Source: a virus
Reading direction: 5' to 3' (one strand)
Virus record (IMG/VR): IMGVR_UViG_3300045988_011289
Span: 1 to 24,475 of that record
Length of the DNA stretch: 24,475 nt
The notes under the pieces: model-generated
Told to the model about the DNA's origin: nothing
What the model saw: only the letters and a program-made list of their open reading frames with translations
Database searches by the model: none
Position numbers and translations under genes: made by a program
Shown: positions 22,453 through 24,475 of the stretch, one piece after another
Layout: each line of letters starts with the position of its first letter
How positions within the stretch are numbered: position 1 is the stretch's first letter

Positions 22453-22748
22453 GTTACCCTTACGCTTCCTTTGACTTGCGTTTCTTTAGAAAGTTGATGT
22501 GTTAAGCCCAATTCTTCTACTAGCTTTGTATCAATCACTGTACGTGTTGATGGTGAAGTATATGTGATTTTAACGACATCATTTTCAAACTGCTTGATTC
22601 CGTTTTCTTCCATAGCGGTTTGGATGTTCTTTTTTACTTCCTTTTCTAATTTGTCCATTTCTTTTTTGTACTCATTGAATGATTTCAATTTGTTCAGTGC
22701 TTCCTGTTGAATTTCAATTTGTCCATTTGTTACGTTTACTAATTCCAT
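22443..22748 (-). CDS. Hypothetical protein (101 aa)
   Basis: This uses the frame of track ORF 22443-22814. I start at ATG 22748, after AAGGAGGA and downstream of the Sak-like stop. Confidence 0.7.
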   Translation of the reverse strand: MELVNVTNGQIEIQQEALNKLKSFNEYKKEMDKLEKEVKKNIQTAMEENGIKQFENDVVKITYTSPSTRTVIDTKLVEELGLTHQLSKETQVKGSVRVTWK

Positions 22749-22761
22749 TTTTCTTTCCTCC

Positions 22762-23421
22762 TTACGCTTTTGCGTTTTCCTTGTAAATATCACCGTATGC
22801 CTTGAGTAATCCAACTAGATTGTTTCCATTTAGATTTGCAATGTCTTGTGATGTGATTTTATATTCGGCTTTCAAATGCTCACAAAATTCTTCTGAATGT
22901 GTATCGATACCTAGTTTTTGAAGTGCATTTTGTGCCTTAAAACATCTCATTTTGATTTCTTCAAGCTTCTTTTCTACCGCTTGTTCTTTTTCCTTTTTCT
23001 GTTGTTCAATCTTTTCTTCTTCCGGTAAATCTTCACCTGCATAAATGTATAAACCTAATCCATGTCTAGCAATAGCTTTTGTCAAGCTTCTTTGAATTGC
23101 TTTATTCACATCAAATGAAGTTAATTTATCAAGTGTAATTGATTTGTTTTTGTAATCCATTACTGGTAATTCTTCAATGTGTTCTAGTCCCTCAATGGTT
23201 ACACTTGTCTTAACCCAAGCAGTGTGACCATCTGTAAAGTAATTAATAGGTCCGTAATCTGTTCCACGTTCATAAATCTTATATTGTGCGTTTGGATATT
23301 TCTTTTTAACTTCACCCCACGCATAAGCCCACGATAAATAACTTAATCCATTTTTAGATTCCACTTTGTCTTGAACATTAATACTATTCAATGTTTCAAA
23401 TACTGATTTCTTTTCTTCCAT
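22762..23421 (-). CDS. Rad52/Sak-family single-strand annealing protein (DUF1071-like)
   Basis: Track ORF of 219 aa with AAAGGAGGA upstream of the ATG. The pattern LSYLSWAYAWGEVKKKYP...LPVMD...VNKAIQRSLTKAIARHGLGLYIYAGEDLP is typical of this family from memory. Confidence 0.75.
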   Translation of the reverse strand: MEEKKSVFETLNSINVQDKVESKNGLSYLSWAYAWGEVKKKYPNAQYKIYERGTDYGPINYFTDGHTAWVKTSVTIEGLEHIEELPVMDYKNKSITLDKLTSFDVNKAIQRSLTKAIARHGLGLYIYAGEDLPEEEKIEQQKKEKEQAVEKKLEEIKMRCFKAQNALQKLGIDTHSEEFCEHLKAEYKITSQDIANLNGNNLVGLLKAYGDIYKENAKA

Positions 23422-23457
23422 CTTCCGTTTTCCTCCTTTATCTGCTATAATGTAAGT

Positions 23458-23474
23458 GTTCTTAAATTAAGAAC
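23458..23474. promoter_or_regulatory. Perfect 8+1+8 palindrome GTTCTTAA-A-TTAAGAAC (candidate operator)
   Basis: It lies in the 98-nt intergenic region upstream of the Sak-like gene. Confidence 0.4.
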
Positions 23475-23488
23475 GTCATTTCTTGTGT

Positions 23489-23521
23489 GTGCGTGCTTTG
23501 TCGAGTGCGCACCTCTTTTTT
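23489..23521 (+). terminator. GC-rich hairpin whose T-tract lies on the plus strand
   Basis: The plus strand reads GTGCGTGC-TTTGTCGA-GTGCGCAC followed by CTCTTTTTT. On the coding (minus) strand the hairpin is preceded by an A-run and has no T-tract after it. Confidence 0.45.
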
Positions 23522-23750
23522 ATAGAAATAACATTGCATACGACTTACCTAAACAAGCTATTGAAATAAGTAGAATCACGATTGTTGCGAATAACATAAT
23601 GTTTATTCCTGTTGTGATTCTTTTTTGATACCTTTGTTCCCTTAACAGTTCCTTTTCTTCTTTGCTTAAATGTATTCGCTTTGGATTAAATGGATAAATG
23701 CTCAACTCCATCTCATCATCCTGTATTGCATTCATTCTTATATCTTGCAT
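23520..23750 (-). CDS. Small membrane-anchored protein
   Basis: Track ORF of 76 aa with AAGGAG upstream of the ATG. The C-terminal hydrophobic helix reads INIMLFATIVILLISIACL. Confidence 0.7.
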   Translation of the reverse strand: MQDIRMNAIQDDEMELSIYPFNPKRIHLSKEEKELLREQRYQKRITTGINIMLFATIVILLISIACLGKSYAMLFL

Positions 23751-23752
23751 AA

Positions 23753-24007
23753 CTAACTCCTTCTAAATGACTTTCTAGCTTCAGGGCAACACTTCAAGAA
23801 ATATTCTGTTGGGATTACATTCTGATTAACATTTCTATATACAAATGTGTCTTCCCAAGCAGTACCTGTTTCTTCTTTATAGAACTCTCTAACTGATTTC
23901 ATAATCTTGCTTGATTGGTGTCTTTGTCGGTCTTTTGACAATTCGCTCATATCAAACACCTTTACCAAATCGTCTTTATTTAAATATGATTTGTAATCAA
24001 TTATCAT
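23753..24007 (-). CDS. Hypothetical protein
   Basis: Track ORF of 84 aa with GGAGGTGA upstream of the ATG. Confidence 0.75.
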   Translation of the reverse strand: MIIDYKSYLNKDDLVKVFDMSELSKDRQRHQSSKIMKSVREFYKEETGTAWEDTFVYRNVNQNVIPTEYFLKCCPEARKSFRRS

Positions 24008-24176
24008 ATTCGTTCACCTCCATCCTAGATTCACATGTATTGATTTTATTCACTTCTTGCAAATCTCTAACATTCAATTGATTTGCAATTTCTTTTGCTT
24101 CTGCACTGTCATGTGCTTCAACCTCGAATGTGACATTTGCAGTCACATCGAAGGTTACGAAATATGTTCTAGTCAT
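23997..24176 (-). CDS. Hypothetical protein (59 aa)
   Basis: This uses the frame of track ORF 23997-24200. I start at ATG 24176, after AAGAGGTGA. Confidence 0.65.
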   Translation of the reverse strand: MTRTYFVTFDVTANVTFEVEAHDSAEAKEIANQLNVRDLQEVNKINTCESRMEVNEYDN

Positions 24177-24324
24177 GTTTCTCACCTCTTTTCGATTCAT
24201 CTAAGATACAAGCGATATATCCTTGATGAAATTCTGAAATCTCATAGCCTTTCTTTTTAAGCTCGCTTAAGGCTTCAAAAATTCTCTTGTCTAGTATTGT
24301 TTCACCTCCATGACCTGTCATCAT
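24169..24324 (-). CDS. Small ORF; 51 aa from ATG 24324 (no SD) or 42 aa from ATA 24297 (SD GGAGGTGA, 7-nt spacer)
   Basis: It is not in the track. The product is MMTGHGGET-ILDKRIFEALSELKKKGYEISEFHQGYIACILDESKRGEKHD. Its stop overlaps the next ATG. Confidence 0.4.
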   Translation of the reverse strand: MMTGHGGETILDKRIFEALSELKKKGYEISEFHQGYIACILDESKRGEKHD

Positions 24325-24351
24325 CAGTGCTAGTAGGTCAACTCTAGCAGA

Positions 24352-24367
24352 CTAGCCTATTGGCTAG
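24352..24367. repeat. Palindrome CTAGCC-TATT-GGCTAG overlapping a stop codon
   Basis: The stem is 6 bp and the loop 4 nt. There is no T-tract on either side. Its function is unknown. Confidence 0.35.
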
Positions 24368-24475
24368 TTTCGACATACTTTAATATCAATACGATTGTCT
24401 GTTTCTTTTATACTCACATCATATTTCAATGGGATTGCTATAACTCGTTCATCAACATATAAATAAAGTAATAAA
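24364..24475 (-). CDS. 3' end of a hypothetical gene entering from beyond the window
   Basis: The minus frame is open from the window edge to the TAG at 24364-24366. The translation reads ...YLYVDERVIAIPLKYDVSIKETDNRIDIKVCRN. Confidence 0.5.
   Translation of the reverse strand, partial: LLLYLYVDERVIAIPLKYDVSIKETDNRIDIKVCRN

Noticed and set aside
23489-23521. The hairpin as the minus-strand terminator of the 23520-23750 gene.
   Set aside because: On the minus strand the stem is preceded by an A-run and not followed by a T-run. The canonical terminator geometry exists only on the plus strand.
1-24475. CRISPR arrays, rRNA, integrase/transposase, a lysis cassette, or known defence or anti-defence systems.
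   Set aside because: No repeat-spacer arrays, rRNA-like sequence, recombinase motifs or holin/endolysin-like ORFs were recognised. Many small early ORFs remain unassigned and could hide such functions, but I have no sequence-level evidence for that.

Overview
This 24.5 kb window is AT-rich, gene-dense and coded entirely on the minus strand. It looks like a Bacillota-type siphovirus or prophage. No integrase, lysis genes, CRISPR or rRNA are present.

Gene order in the direction of transcription (high to low coordinates):
- 24475-15549: early replication/recombination module. It contains a Rad52/Sak-like annealase, a NinB-like protein, RusA, an HTH replication initiator with internal iterons, a dimeric dUTPase-like protein, SSB, many small ORFs and a putative late activator.
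- 15447-15522: a stand-alone tRNA-like gene bracketed by two intrinsic terminators.
- 15323-12821: ParB-like protein, small terminase and large terminase.
- 12817-11414: portal.
- 11417-7757: an XkdV/W/X-type fibre cassette, unexpectedly placed here.
- 7700-1: minor capsid protein, scaffold, major capsid, head-tail joining genes, major tail protein, two chaperone-slot ORFs and the first ~600 codons of the tape measure protein.

Main unusual signal: at least seven genes have no canonical start codon where their N-termini must begin. These are portal, two fibre proteins, major capsid, major tail, tape measure and RusA. Each instead has a strong Shine-Dalgarno (SD) site followed at 6-11 nt by ATA, sometimes in stop/start overlaps (ATAG, TAATA) where ATG normally sits. 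Four further genes show the same SD-ATA geometry alongside a poorly placed canonical start.

The phage's only tRNA has anticodon UAU, complementary to AUA. Its body carries the classical initiator tRNA-fMet identity elements: 1x72 mismatch, G2:C71, C3:G70, A73, A11:U24 and an AGGUC variable loop. I propose, as a hypothesis, a phage-encoded AUA-reading initiator tRNA paired with ATA-start genes.

All calls come from hand translation and folding. Family names are from memory, and no searches were run.
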